DNA of 61,731 nt, counting the filler, from Dirinaria sp. TL-2023a (taxonomy: Eukaryota), in assembly GCA_051941275.1 (NCBI GenBank). It is 9 parts of 9 records of this genome, joined end to end, with 100 filler letters (N's around TTAATTAATTAA, not from the genome) between each part and the next. Parts side by side here need not be neighbours in the genome. Positions count along the whole stretch, not along the records: positions 6,893 to 13,683 come from JAVEBF010001418.1; positions 13,784 to 20,570 come from JAVEBF010001419.1; positions 20,671 to 27,456 come from JAVEBF010001420.1; 6 more parts are not named here. The stretch is one strand, 5' to 3'. The notes beneath the pieces were generated by a model, which worked only from the letters and a program-made list of their open reading frames with translations, was not told the origin of the DNA and did not search any database. Positions 12,468-24,200 of this stretch are shown in pieces. The position numbers and the translations under genes were made by a program. Within the stretch, counting starts at the first letter, position 1. The number at the start of each line of letters is the position of its first letter.

Positions 12468-13683
12468 ATGCTGCTTCCTCCTATCATCGTCTACGCCATT
12501 GGCTTCTTGATACTTCAGACTGCAAATGCACAGCAATGCGCGGCCGGAACAGCGGTCGAGATCAAGGGGAATTGGTACTGCTCGGCCGTGGATAAGATTA
12601 CATACACGAACTTCCCCGGGACTGGATCTTACAACAAAGTGACTTCTATGGACGCCACCACTGGAAACTGTGAATCGGTCAAGTACACCTATACCGGGTC
12701 CCTAGCGCCGTTGAATGAAGAAGTATGCAAAGTTTTTTTCTTTCTCACAGTTACTTTCCGTCTCAAAATTTTTACTAAATCTTCAATAATCTAAAAGTTG
12801 TCGATCCATATCCGGGGCCCGCTCTGGCTCAAGGAACTCGCGGTATACACTCCTGAATCTACTACGATCGCGCAACGCGACATCTCCGAATCTGCAAAGA
12901 ATGATCATCACCGGCATGCGGATGCGCATCATCACAATTCCCCTGGCAAGCAAGCACATGCCTGGCTCCATGAGCATAATAAACCTGGAAAACGCGCAGT
13001 AGGCGATTTGGTAACTGCCACCATCGACGGACAAGTGGTTCACTGGGTCAATGAGTATGCTGGGCCTGGGGCTGGGCCTGCGGAACCAATTCATTCGACC
13101 GCTATCGCGAAGCCTTCCTCCTTGAGCAGCAGCAGCAGCAGCACTTCTCCAACAACAAGCACCGCACCGAGTACAAAAAGTCCGACTTCTTCTCATCGAA
13201 GCACTACTATTACTACTGTATCGCCCGCAAAAAGCAGTGCAAGCGCTCAAAAAGGAGGAAGAAATTGGAACCGCCGAGCATACTACAATGCCGGGGAACG
13301 AGTATCCACCGGCTTCACGTTCCTGAACCATTTCGGTGAAGTAGACAACATTCCCCAGTATATCAGCTCCATCACCCTTTCCCCCCTTCTCCTTTCCTGC
13401 AATTCATCCATCCATTACTAAAAAAAAACCCCAAACCCAAAAATCCAGATTCGGCGCATCCCTCTCCTACGCCTCATCCGATGCCAAATCCAGCTCTAAT
13501 TCCTCCCAAACCCTGAACGACGTGATGCTGGATGACGATGTAGAACTCGTGATCCTGTCCGACCGAAGCTGCGACGATGGGAAATGTGGATATACTCGCC
13601 CCGGAGGCTTGGCTTATCGTAAGTCCATATTTTCCCCCCTCCCAAAAAACAAAAAAACAAAACAAAACAAAAGACTAATTCCC
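12468..13683 (+). CDS. TOS1: Tos1/YJL171C/PGA52-family secreted cell-wall putative glycosidase (DUF2403+DUF2401), truncated
   Basis: Signal peptide; GNWYCSAVDKITY...YNKVTSMD...GSLAPLNEE|LSIHIRGPLWLKELAVY; VTATIDGQVVHWVNEY; WNRRAYYNA...TFLNHFG; ELVILSDRSC...CGYTRPGGLAY; GT-AG introns. Confidence 0.88.
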
Positions 13684-13783
13684 NNNNNNNNNNNNNNNNN
13701 NNNNNNNNNNNNNNNNNNNNNNNNNNNTTAATTAATTAANNNNNNNNNNNNNNNNNNNNNNNNNNNNNNNNNNNNNNNNNNNN
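13684..13783. other. Artificial contig linker
   Basis: N44-TTAATTAATTAA-N44. Confidence 0.98.
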
Positions 13784-15910
13784 CAGAGAATCGGGTTTCG
13801 TAATTGGCTGTTTTAAGCATTGGCTTGCACATGAACCCAGTTGTAGAATGTACAGCAGTACTCAGTACTCGTCTGGACTTTGACTTTTTGTTTGAAGCGA
13901 TAATGGAGTCATCAAGGTCGTTTACTGTATAGACTGCACCTGGAAATCAGAGGTTAGGAAGGGCATACTCGTGTGTGTCTTGGGTACCGTGTTTGGGATA
14001 GTGTTCGGATGATTGTGCTCACCAGGAGGGGACTACTAAATCCTCCGCGACGCCAATAAAGCCGTCGACATAGCTATGACCCCGATCATAGGCTTACGCA
14101 AGATCGGCAAGCGCTGAACGTAGCCTATTGCTGAACATTCCCACCTGTCAACCCAGCACACGTGCATGTTTTGTAATGCAGCCACACAGTCCCGTCGCAG
14201 CACCTAGCCGATCAAGGCATGACTCCGTGTGCTTGCCCCGGGGATATGATTGCAAGCAAGGACAATTGAGATGTAAGGTAGGTACGGAGTTAAGTACTGT
14301 ACGGAGAAGGTTCTCCTTCTTGTACTTCTACGAGGCTGGGCGTCGATCTCCCGGCCCTTATGCTGGTCAGTGCGCGGGCGAGACGACACAGGCGGCAACA
14401 GGCGGACCATGCAGTAAGTCCTAGCTAGCGCGGTCAATGCTACTGGTGAGATCAACTGAGTCGCTCAGAGTACCACCTATTACTGTATTTATGTCACCCG
14501 AACGTGCCAAAATGCTACCTTAGGTGCAGCTGTTCTCTGAAAAGCCTACCTATAACAACTACAGTAGGATTGGCGTACTCGTACATGACGCGAGCCAGGA
14601 ATTTTAGCGTCAACCTCTGTCCGCACGGAAGACCGGGGCTGATCCGTTAATCGCGGATAATACATGGCTCTAATTGTACGACGGGTGGCGATTCTATTGC
14701 CAATGATAACGCAGATCTGAACCTGCTGAAACTTAGTTGGACAGCGTCAAATGCGTGCCCCGCATGATAGACGGTTCCCGTCCATTTTGCGCATTTTCAA
14801 GGAAAAGACGTGCCTTGGTCCGCCACACTCATAATGCCTTTTGATTGAATGGCGGATTCAATCAATATTATGCACGACAGACGCTCGAGCGCTATGCCAG
14901 GCTAGTCCCCCACATCCTTCAATTTACAGCCAGTAGTAGCCGTCTTCTCATGCTCAATCCAGACGATCTTTCACCAGAGCAATTTTTTCATCACGATGTT
15001 CAGGACAAGCAAGGTCTCAATCAATACGCCCATGTGATTTTACGATCCACATATGTTCTGCAATGTACAGGTCACCTCACAACAAACGCGCTGAAATCAA
15101 TCTCCATCAACACCACAGCAGCCTCAACGATGAATCACTAGGAGCAGAGCCAGGCATGAGAGCATGCAAGCAACTGTGTCTCAAGCATATGCCTTAAGAG
15201 GGAGATTCGTCGCGAGGGCTAAGCACGAAATTTATCAAATGATCGAATATGAATTTACAAAGGAAATTAAGATTGCCAGGGGAGACGATGGATCGACGAT
15301 CTGCTTTCTGCGGATCTTGCCTTGATTATGGAAAGCTCTATGACTCGACGCCTCCTTATGTCTTGTCACACGTTAGCTCGACTGCATTCACTGCAGCCTG
15401 GTTTCTACCGGGGCCAAAACGTCCCCCATGGTCTGGATTGTAAACAGGGAGTCTATCGACTTTTTCAGCCTGGAATCCCACAGCTCTTATCCTAGTGGCC
15501 ATGCAAGGTACTTTATAAAGTACTGAGATTAGCTATCTGAGCAGCATTACACCGTTAGCGTTGACAGAGGGGCCAAAGGGTGGTCTAGATTGCCATCATC
15601 TTTGGCTCTCGACCCGGACATTTTGCGTCACTGAGCTGTCGAGGACGCTTTATATCCGCTGTGGGCGGGGGAAGACGGGTCTGATTCCGGCTTACTTTAA
15701 TCCAAGCAGTATGGATGGGATGCCAAGCTCTACAAGCCAGGGCGTCGAACCATTAGTGCCAAGACATGCAGGATGATGAGGTACCTTACAAACCACGAGG
15801 CAGCATAAATAATGACACACAGAATCTTCCTCACTTATTCTACCTCACGTTCCATTCTTTGTACTTTGTCTTTTCAAAGAGCTGTGCAATGGCTCCGGCG
15901 TTCTAGCCTG

Positions 15911-17452
15911 ATGTTTTCCACCTTGCGCTACGATCAAAATAGTACGCTCGTTGAGCAGACAGCTCACCAGCCCCCACGCCTGGCGTGTACCAACTGCCGG
16001 TCAAGGAAGGTGCTTCGCCTCTACCTAATCCATATCACGAAGCTGCGGCTAATGCTAGTTACCGGGTATAGCTCAAGTGCAGCGGGCAGCGAGACGGCTG
16101 CGGTCGATGTCAGTCCAGAAACGTCAAATGTGTATATCCAGAGCCATGCCGTGAGAAGACGGCCAAGCGAGCCAAAGTTATCTCGGATAAGGTCAACGCT
16201 GACCCCAAGAAGCCGCCTTCTCCAGCCTCTAAGATTCTCGCATCAAGGCACGGCGGCGTCGATCATCAAGGTTGTCAAAGTGTCAAGGAACAGATTCCGC
16301 CTCCGCTCTTGCTACCATGGACAGCGGAGACTTTCACCGACCAATCGGCCCATAGATCTACGCTGAATGAGCTACAAGGTCCTGGCATGTCCATGAACGG
16401 TCCATTTGATGGCTTTGGTGAAGGATTCGAGCCTGTTTCCACTGGCTTTTTTGACCAGGAGGGCTCTATTCCTGCAGACTTCGCTATTGATTTAAGCCCT
16501 CTAAAGTCGGTCGAAACAAAATTTGAAGGGTTTGATAACTGTATGCCGACTGCAAGCGATAGCCGCAGTAGTTCTTCTGACACTGACAACCCGTCTAACG
16601 GCCGTTAGTTTTTTTCAGTATCTCTGTGGAACTTCAAAACAGCGCGGCTAACACAAAAAAGTATCCAGAATTCCTTCGTCGACGCCTTCCAACACCACTC
16701 CGATCAGTTTCGCAGTCCCCGGGCCAATCCAAGCTGGAGACCTCCAACAATACCCGAATTATTTTCGTCCTGGCAGTTCAGAATCGTTGGGTGATACTGT
16801 AGTACCTTTCGTTAGACCCAGCAATATAAGATCTAAGTCTTCTCAATATCCAGCGCCTGAAATGTCTATATCTAGTGCACCGGCACTGGCTATCCTATCC
16901 GCAAACCCTTCCATGCAAGCATCATGCCAATGTCTCACGTCTGCACTATCGCTTCTCGAAACGCTGACCATTGAGAGTGCACGGCTAAGTGCGCTCAGTA
17001 TCGCACGCATATTGCATTTCAAGAAACGCGCGTTGATGCAATGTAATATTCTGCTGGACTGCGAGCGCTGTAGCAGCGTCTCCAGCTTCATCATGCTTCT
17101 CGTTGTCTTCTGCGAAAAGATGATTACTTCATACGAACGAGTACTCATCGTGTTGAAGGAGCAGTACTTGTTTCGTCAGGGCCAGCAGCTGGATACCTCT
17201 TTCGCTTCTTTTGAGGGAGACGAAGAGAGCCAGATGGTTCTCAAAGACTATGATCTAGACATGGAGGAGCAGCCGTGCGTTTTTGAAGGTCTGGCATCCA
17301 TGCAAATGAGGAAGCTGAAGAAATTTCTTGCGAGAGTCAAGGCGGTATTGGAGCAACGAAATTGTGAGCCGCACGTTATGACGGTAGACTCGGTTGAAGA
17401 ACGACTGCAGCAGAAGTTGAAGCTCTGCGACAAGAGGTCGAACGAGCATTGA
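15911..17452 (+). CDS. Zn(II)2Cys6 transcription factor with AflR-like C-terminal Cys region, 3 exons
   Basis: RLACTNCRSRK|LKCSGQRDGCGRCQSRNVKCVYP across intron 16010-16071; intron 16604-16661 keeps the frame; C-terminal SCQCLTSALSLLETL...CNILLDCERCS. Confidence 0.9.
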
Positions 17453-20400
17453 CAACGGAGAACAGAACGTAGGTTATGTCTAGCTCGCGTTGATATAATA
17501 CGCTAAAACACTCGTATTAGGCAATGCCAAATGATATTGCTTACAAGATGTTGCATAGAATCCGTGTCACTAATGTGCCTTCACTGAATTTACCAACACA
17601 GGCTTATAAGTGGCAAGGGCTCGCTATCCACAATTATGAACCACTCTTTTTCGCCCACTTGTCAATATTGTCTTATTCTAACTACACAGATAAGAATCAA
17701 GCCCCATACCGCACGAAATGATACCTTTCTTTAAGTCCCCTCATCATCTTGCTCTTCCAAGCGACCGCTAGCCCCAACTTTCCAATGGTCCGACAAGCAT
17801 TCTCAATGATTTCTCTGAAACAGGTTGACACTTGAGCTTTTCAATTTGCTTGCGACGTCGTCTGTGCGGCGTGGAAATATAGACGAAAAATCTGGACATA
17901 AAAGCGAAGATCAACTAATGAAGAGGCCATCGATATCAGTCTTGCGAAGAAAAACCACCGAAAAACTGCCATTTACGATGGGGCACCGAATCACGTGCTT
18001 CGATCTAGATCTTCAGAACACTGTTAGGATGTAGTATCCTCAAGCGACATTCGATTGGCTATATTTCAGTCAGTCGAACCTTCCACGGTCGTCGGTTGTC
18101 ACTGTGGGTCTAATGCTTCATCCACCTGCTAAAGAATATCTGCCTTGCTAGCAACTTTATGCACCTTGTCGATCCAATCCTGTCACGGGAAAATCGCGGC
18201 AATGGCGCATGCCACGTGTTCTAGACTCCAGACCTGGCGGAGGGGGTCAAGAATTCGGCGAATATCTGACGTGCAGGTGTCAAATTCTTCGGGCCGGCAA
18301 TTGCTTCCGCCTGCTTGGACTTACTATATCGGAGTACGTATGTACCCTGGGTTGAGAAGCGCGGGTCACCGTAAGAATGGGCAAGAGAGCCCGAGAGAGA
18401 GAGCGGTTCGGGAAAGGAATCCCCGAACACTCGAAACCCCCTCCAATATTTCTAATCCAGCACCAGCTCCATGAATACGGAATACTCCCAAAAATATTGA
18501 CAAGTGAGAGGACATTAGGGTTGTATGAAAGGAGGACTAATTGTCCGCCACGCCAATAGGCAATGCTAGGCTAAATCTGGAAACCGTAGACTCCCCTGTC
18601 CTCTCCTATTCCTATTTCTGTTAAGGAGGCAAGGTTGAAGGTAACTAGCGGTGCTCACTCTCCACCAAACTGTGCCCCCCAAAAAAAGGAAGAAAAAAAA
18701 AAAAAAAATAAGAGGTAAACTCCTATACCGCTATACATACTGAACAGAAATAACCGTCCCGCTGTCCCAGGTGTCACCATGACGCACTTCTCGACGAAAT
18801 TAAATTGCTCAGTACCGACGTCTCTAGTTGGTCTACGATCTAGTCTGCGACTCTCACCGTCAACCATTTTTAATCGGACAGCGATCTGTATGAAGAGGCG
18901 TGCGATAAAGTTTCACGCATTTTGCCATGTACGCCTAGATCTTGCTCGCCGAAGATAGACCTGCATCGATCGGCGAGGCTTCCCCCTATATGTAATTCAC
19001 GCTTCAGGAACGGTCGAATCCTAAACAAAAGTGGTCATCGTTTTTCCATGAATGCGACGTATTGAAAGATAGATCATTCGGTGCCGTGAGCACCAACGAC
19101 CCTGAAAATACCCCATGAGTCTATTGTAGAGTCTGAATCAGGCTTTATGGCTGTGTACAGTATTTCCTGTGCAGTTTTAGTATTTAGTAGGGCTACCGAC
19201 CTCCAAGGAACCAGTGACAATGCTCGGACTGCCCACTTTTAGGCTTTCGGAACGTATTCGTTCTAAAATCTACAGGATCTAAAATCCAAATGCTCCAGGC
19301 CCATTGCTCATAATCGCAGTCCTTGGTTCTGAGAAGTCGGCCAGTGATGAAAGTACGGATTGTGCCCAGTTTTCGCCGTCGCGTATAGAGCGACTGAAAC
19401 ATTTTGAGCCAATGGTGAGTTCCATTGTTTGCCAATGCCTCATTAGGACAGTTGACCATCAAGGAAGCCTCTAGGAGTATTGAGTATGGCCGCTGAGACA
19501 AATGCTTCAAGGCAACGTTGTGTCAGATGGAACATGCCAGCATACGAAAAGAAAGCTCAAGGTTTTGTTGTATCAGATGCTCTAGCTGTTTCTGTTTTGA
19601 AATCACCATTCAGCAAGTGCAATTACTATGAGCGAATCGTAGACACATAATCAGTGGCGCTGATTTTTCTGCATCATGGACATTAGCGGCGCTCATCTCT
19701 GCCGTTGATATTAGCCTGGCATTGACCCTAACTTTGGTGGAAGCCTTTGGTGACTGGCTAACCTTAGGTTTCACCTGTAGGCTAGTTACAGAATACTCTA
19801 TCCTGCGCTTCATTCGACGCACATTATTACATCCAAGGATTTTTGCCAAGTCATTTGAATCCTGCGAATTTGCTATCGCATCTTTTGAGTCAGCTCGGCC
19901 ATCTCCTATTCTGTGGCTTACCGCATTAGGAAATAGCCGAACATGCTAGACGCACAAGGCTGATTGTAATCCACACCTTTAAAGTACTACATTACCAATC
20001 GGCCAGCACTACATCAACACCTCGGGTAGGCACGGAATGATGGCGTGCTGCCATAGGGAGCTGAGAAACAGGAACAGAGACGTAACGGCATGCTGCTATC
20101 AGCAACCACTGGGTCAGCATAATATGTCAATCCGACACCTCTTACAAAAGAATAAGAGCTTCCGGTTGACTGAGACCGAGCTGAAGGCCACACGGTCTAA
20201 TGACAGTGACATGGCGGAGAAAGCTTTCAGGATGGAAAAGCATCCCTTTGTCACAACCTTACGTTACCGGCCTATAACTTACCTTTGTGGATTTCTTCTC
20301 TTCTTCTATATCTCAATCTTCGTTTTCTTTTCTTGGCTAAAGCGCCAAAATTTTTTGCCTAAGGCCTCAAATTCGGCAGCCGTATAAGGGAGAGCTAGAG

Positions 20401-20570
20401 ATTAAGCGCATGAAGCCTTAGTAGGTCCTGCATCTTCCTAGACTGTACATAATCTCGCTCATTGACCATCTCAGTAACACATGAGCGTCTCATTCACAAT
20501 GAGCTAGTCCTCTCCGATGTCCTCGTCATACGGCCTAATTCTCAAACCCGAGTTCCCGCTCACGTCACCG

Positions 20571-20670
20571 NNNNNNNNNNNNNNNNNNNNNNNNNNNNNN
20601 NNNNNNNNNNNNNNTTAATTAATTAANNNNNNNNNNNNNNNNNNNNNNNNNNNNNNNNNNNNNNNNNNNN
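20571..20670. other. Artificial contig linker
   Basis: N44-TTAATTAATTAA-N44. Confidence 0.98.
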
Positions 20671-20675
20671 CGTAC

Positions 20676-20793
20676 ACTCTTGTATCTTCGCCTTCTGCGC
20701 TTCGGCTTGCACCAGTTGCTGGAGTTCGCGCTTGTCGGAGTCGGAGAGGTGGCTCATATCGAGTTGGGAATCACTTATTATATTTGAGTCCAT
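20676..20793 (-). CDS. TIM8: Mitochondrial small Tim chaperone Tim8, first exon only
   Basis: MDSNIISDSQLDMSHLSDSDKRELQQLVQAEAQKAKIQE followed by GTACG donor at the contig end; matches the Tim8 N-terminal helix; divergent from GCN2. Confidence 0.8.
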
Positions 20794-21208
20794 GGTTGAG
20801 GGTGAGTGTGGATAGCTGCAATGGTAGTAAGGTACTGAGTGCAGGTATCTATAGTAGGATAGCTACTAGGTTATGTATGGCAGAATTAAGAGTTGAGCTT
20901 GAACAAAATGTTTACCCGAGGATGACCCGATCACATATAAAATCGCGTCTCGCATTATTTAGGAGTGTTCTTTGAAAAATATTCTCTTCCTTCTAGCTGC
21001 ATACAATATAGTCACTCTTCCATGCAAATTCGGGCTGAACTCACCCCCAATTGAGAGATTTACTCTTAAGACTAACAGAAACTACCATGAGTATATAACT
21101 CAGGATGGTACTAAAACGAATCAATCAGCGCACTCAAATGACTGACATTTCTGTGGTTCGCATCCTGGTGTTTTAGAATATCTAGCAGCCGTGTGATATT
21201 CTATAGTA

Positions 21209-24200
21209 ATGTCTCAACCAGTGACAAAGTATGCGGAAATCCAACAGGATGAGATCGATGCACTACGGTCCATTTATATGGACGATTTTGAAGAGCAGGA
21301 GGCTAAAATGGGTGCATGGAATGTAGGTGGACCCGTCCCTTTTGCCCTTTCTTTCATTCTCCCATGAGATCCTACCACCCCAGTATAGCAGTTGTGCTAG
21401 CTATGCCTCAAACCTTGCCGCCAGTATGAATTACGATTTGCCTCTTTTTTGTCAAAGACAATGATGTAGCTTTCAAAGGTTGAGTATATATCTGAGAGAG
21501 TGGGTTTGCACTTGCGTTAGCAGTCTCTTATGTTTCTTCAACACATTATTGTGCGTTGCACGACAATATTTACGTCTTATTCCGTTTCCTCGTATCATAT
21601 TTAGCTGATACGGTCTTTTATCACAGAGAATTGCAGATCGTAGCTTCAAAATCCAGATCCACCCGAATTCCGGGGACAGTAATATTACCCTGACCCTCTC
21701 GGTCTCTTTTCCTCAAACTTATCCAAAAACATTGCCACGTTTGAGTTTAAGTTTTGGACCAGGTCTCAGCTCCAAGTCAAAGCTCGAAGCACAGGAACTG
21801 TTACGTCAGAAACCCAAGGATTTGCTTGGCTCGGAAATGATATTTGAGATTGCAACAGCGCTTCAAGATGTGTTAGACAACGCCCCGCGCATTGCAGAAG
21901 TCCCAACCTTAGAGGAAGAACGTGCCGCTCAGCTTGCTGCAGCACAACAGGCAGCAGAAACGATCTCAGATAGTGACCTTGCCGATAATACGACAGAACT
22001 CGACGGAAAGCCAGAGGAAAGTACTGCAGAAGAAGAACAAGTGCTCGCAGTCATGATGGAGCAGGCCAAATCCCGCTCCGAAAAACGCAAAGCGGCATCT
22101 ACAAACAAGCCGTCAACTGCGGAGATTGAGGCTAGCGGAGGATTACAGTTCGACAGTATGGTAACCACCAACAACCTTGACGGGGATGTTGTTAGATTCG
22201 ACATTGTACACAATCCAATCTATTTTCGCCAAGGACCAGTCACCAAGGTCTACAAAGTCTATGTTTGGGGATGCCGCAAAGACCTGGAGCCTCACCTGAT
22301 TTTGAAAAGGTGTACATTCTCCACGCGAGGAAAGCAAGATGTATTGAAGGAGCAGATCTTCGAATTGGACCAAAGACTGGATAGAGTCGTGCGGCTTCCG
22401 GCTAATATCAACATCATTAAACCCCTGAGCTTCGCCATCCAGCGCTCCTTTGACGACGGTGTTATGGGTCCTGGGAGTTGGGACATTAGCATTATCATGG
22501 ATTTGGCTCCAAAAGGATCCATGCAAGACCTTTTAGAAACAGTCACCACGATCAACCTTAGCAGCTTTCGTGCATGGGCGCTACAGCTTCTGGAAGGTTT
22601 GATGTTCTACCACCGCCACGGCATTGTGCATGCAAGCGTACACCCACGAAATATCCTGCTCGTCAAGGCTGATACAGGGAATACCGTTGCCAAACTCAGC
22701 GACGCTTCATATCAGCATGCTATACATGCTTTGAACCGCGGGTCAAATCCTGAATACTCCTCAGCAGCCTCTACTAACTGGGTCGCACCAGAAGTTATGA
22801 TTGGTGACCAAGGACAGCCGATCGCCGCAAGTGATATCTGGGACTTGGGTAGCTGTTTTCTGCAAATGATTTTTGGCCTGAAGGTTCAAAGCTTGCACTC
22901 GTCTCCCAAAAGCCTCTTAGAGAGCCTTGAGCTCTCCCAATCTCTGGAGGAGCTTCTAGACAAAATGTTCAAATCCGATTCCAAGCGACGGCCATCAGCA
23001 TTCGAGCTACTACCCTCTGCCTTCCTACGCAACAACGACGATGTCCTTGCACATACTGTTCTGCCGCAACTGGCCCGAGAAACCTCCGCTGCGGTAACAA
23101 ACTCGTCATCAGCGCCTCGACGGCGTCGTGAATCCACCACAGGACCTGCACCCTCAAGATTCAGGGATGACTTCGTCGAGGCCGGCCGTCTCGGCCGAGG
23201 TGGATATGGAGAAGTTATTCGAGCTAGAAACAAATTGGACGGCCGTTTCTATGCAGTCAAGTTGATCAAATCCCGGTCAACATCGGCTCTAAATGATGTG
23301 CTGAGTGAGATTATGCTTCTCTCACAGCTCAATCATCCAAATGTTGTCAGGTACTTCAACGCCTGGCTTGAAGAGGAGAATTCCGACGAAGTGCGCGCTC
23401 GTGCCAACTCAAATGAAACCTCGTCAGCCGAAAGTGACGAAGAGGATGATATTTTTGAGGGAAGTCGATCGGGCTTGGACTTCATGAGCGAAAGCGGCCC
23501 TAATATAGTGTTTGAGGACGACAGCGATGACGAGGCGCCAAAGCCAAGAATAACATCTGACAATGAAGAGGGTGCGAATTGTAGACCTGAACCTGAAGAC
23601 GATGTTGCTATAGAAGACGACTCAAGCGATGATACAGAAGTTGATGAGGAAGATCAAACTGCAGACGATAGTGATAGTCATCAATCGCACAGCAGACGAA
23701 AACGCTCCATTTCATATGTACCACCTACGAAGTCCACCTTGTATATTCAAATGGAATACTGCGAGAAGAAGGTGAGTGCGTATGACCTACCGAGGTGTGC
23801 AGCGGCTAATCAGTACAGACTTTACGTGACCTTATCAGAGGAGACATCAATTCCGATCTACTTGAGTGTTGGAGAGTCTTCCGTCAAATCCTGGAGGGTC
23901 TGGCTCATATACATGCTGCATCCATAGTACACCGAGACCTTAAGCCTGAGAATATCTTCATTGACGCTGCAGGCGATGTGCGCATTGGCGATTTCGGACT
24001 TGCCAGGCCAGGGGACTATCAGGCATCCTTGAAGGCCAGGACCAAGGAAGAAGCGTACACAAGTTTCACGAAGAGCGTCGGTACAGCGTTTTATGTTGCA
24101 CCTGAGGTACGCTCGGCTGGCCAAGGCAAATACAATGAGAAGGCAGATGTACGTTAACGAGTTGGAGATGGGTGTATCTGCTGACTCACAAGGTTTAGAT

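Noticed and set aside
21426..21494. Box C/D snoRNA in the GCN2 intron (ATGATG...CTGA)
   Set aside because: C-to-D spacing is too short, the C box is imperfect and no rRNA-complementary guide was recognised; the H/ACA-like fold fits better.
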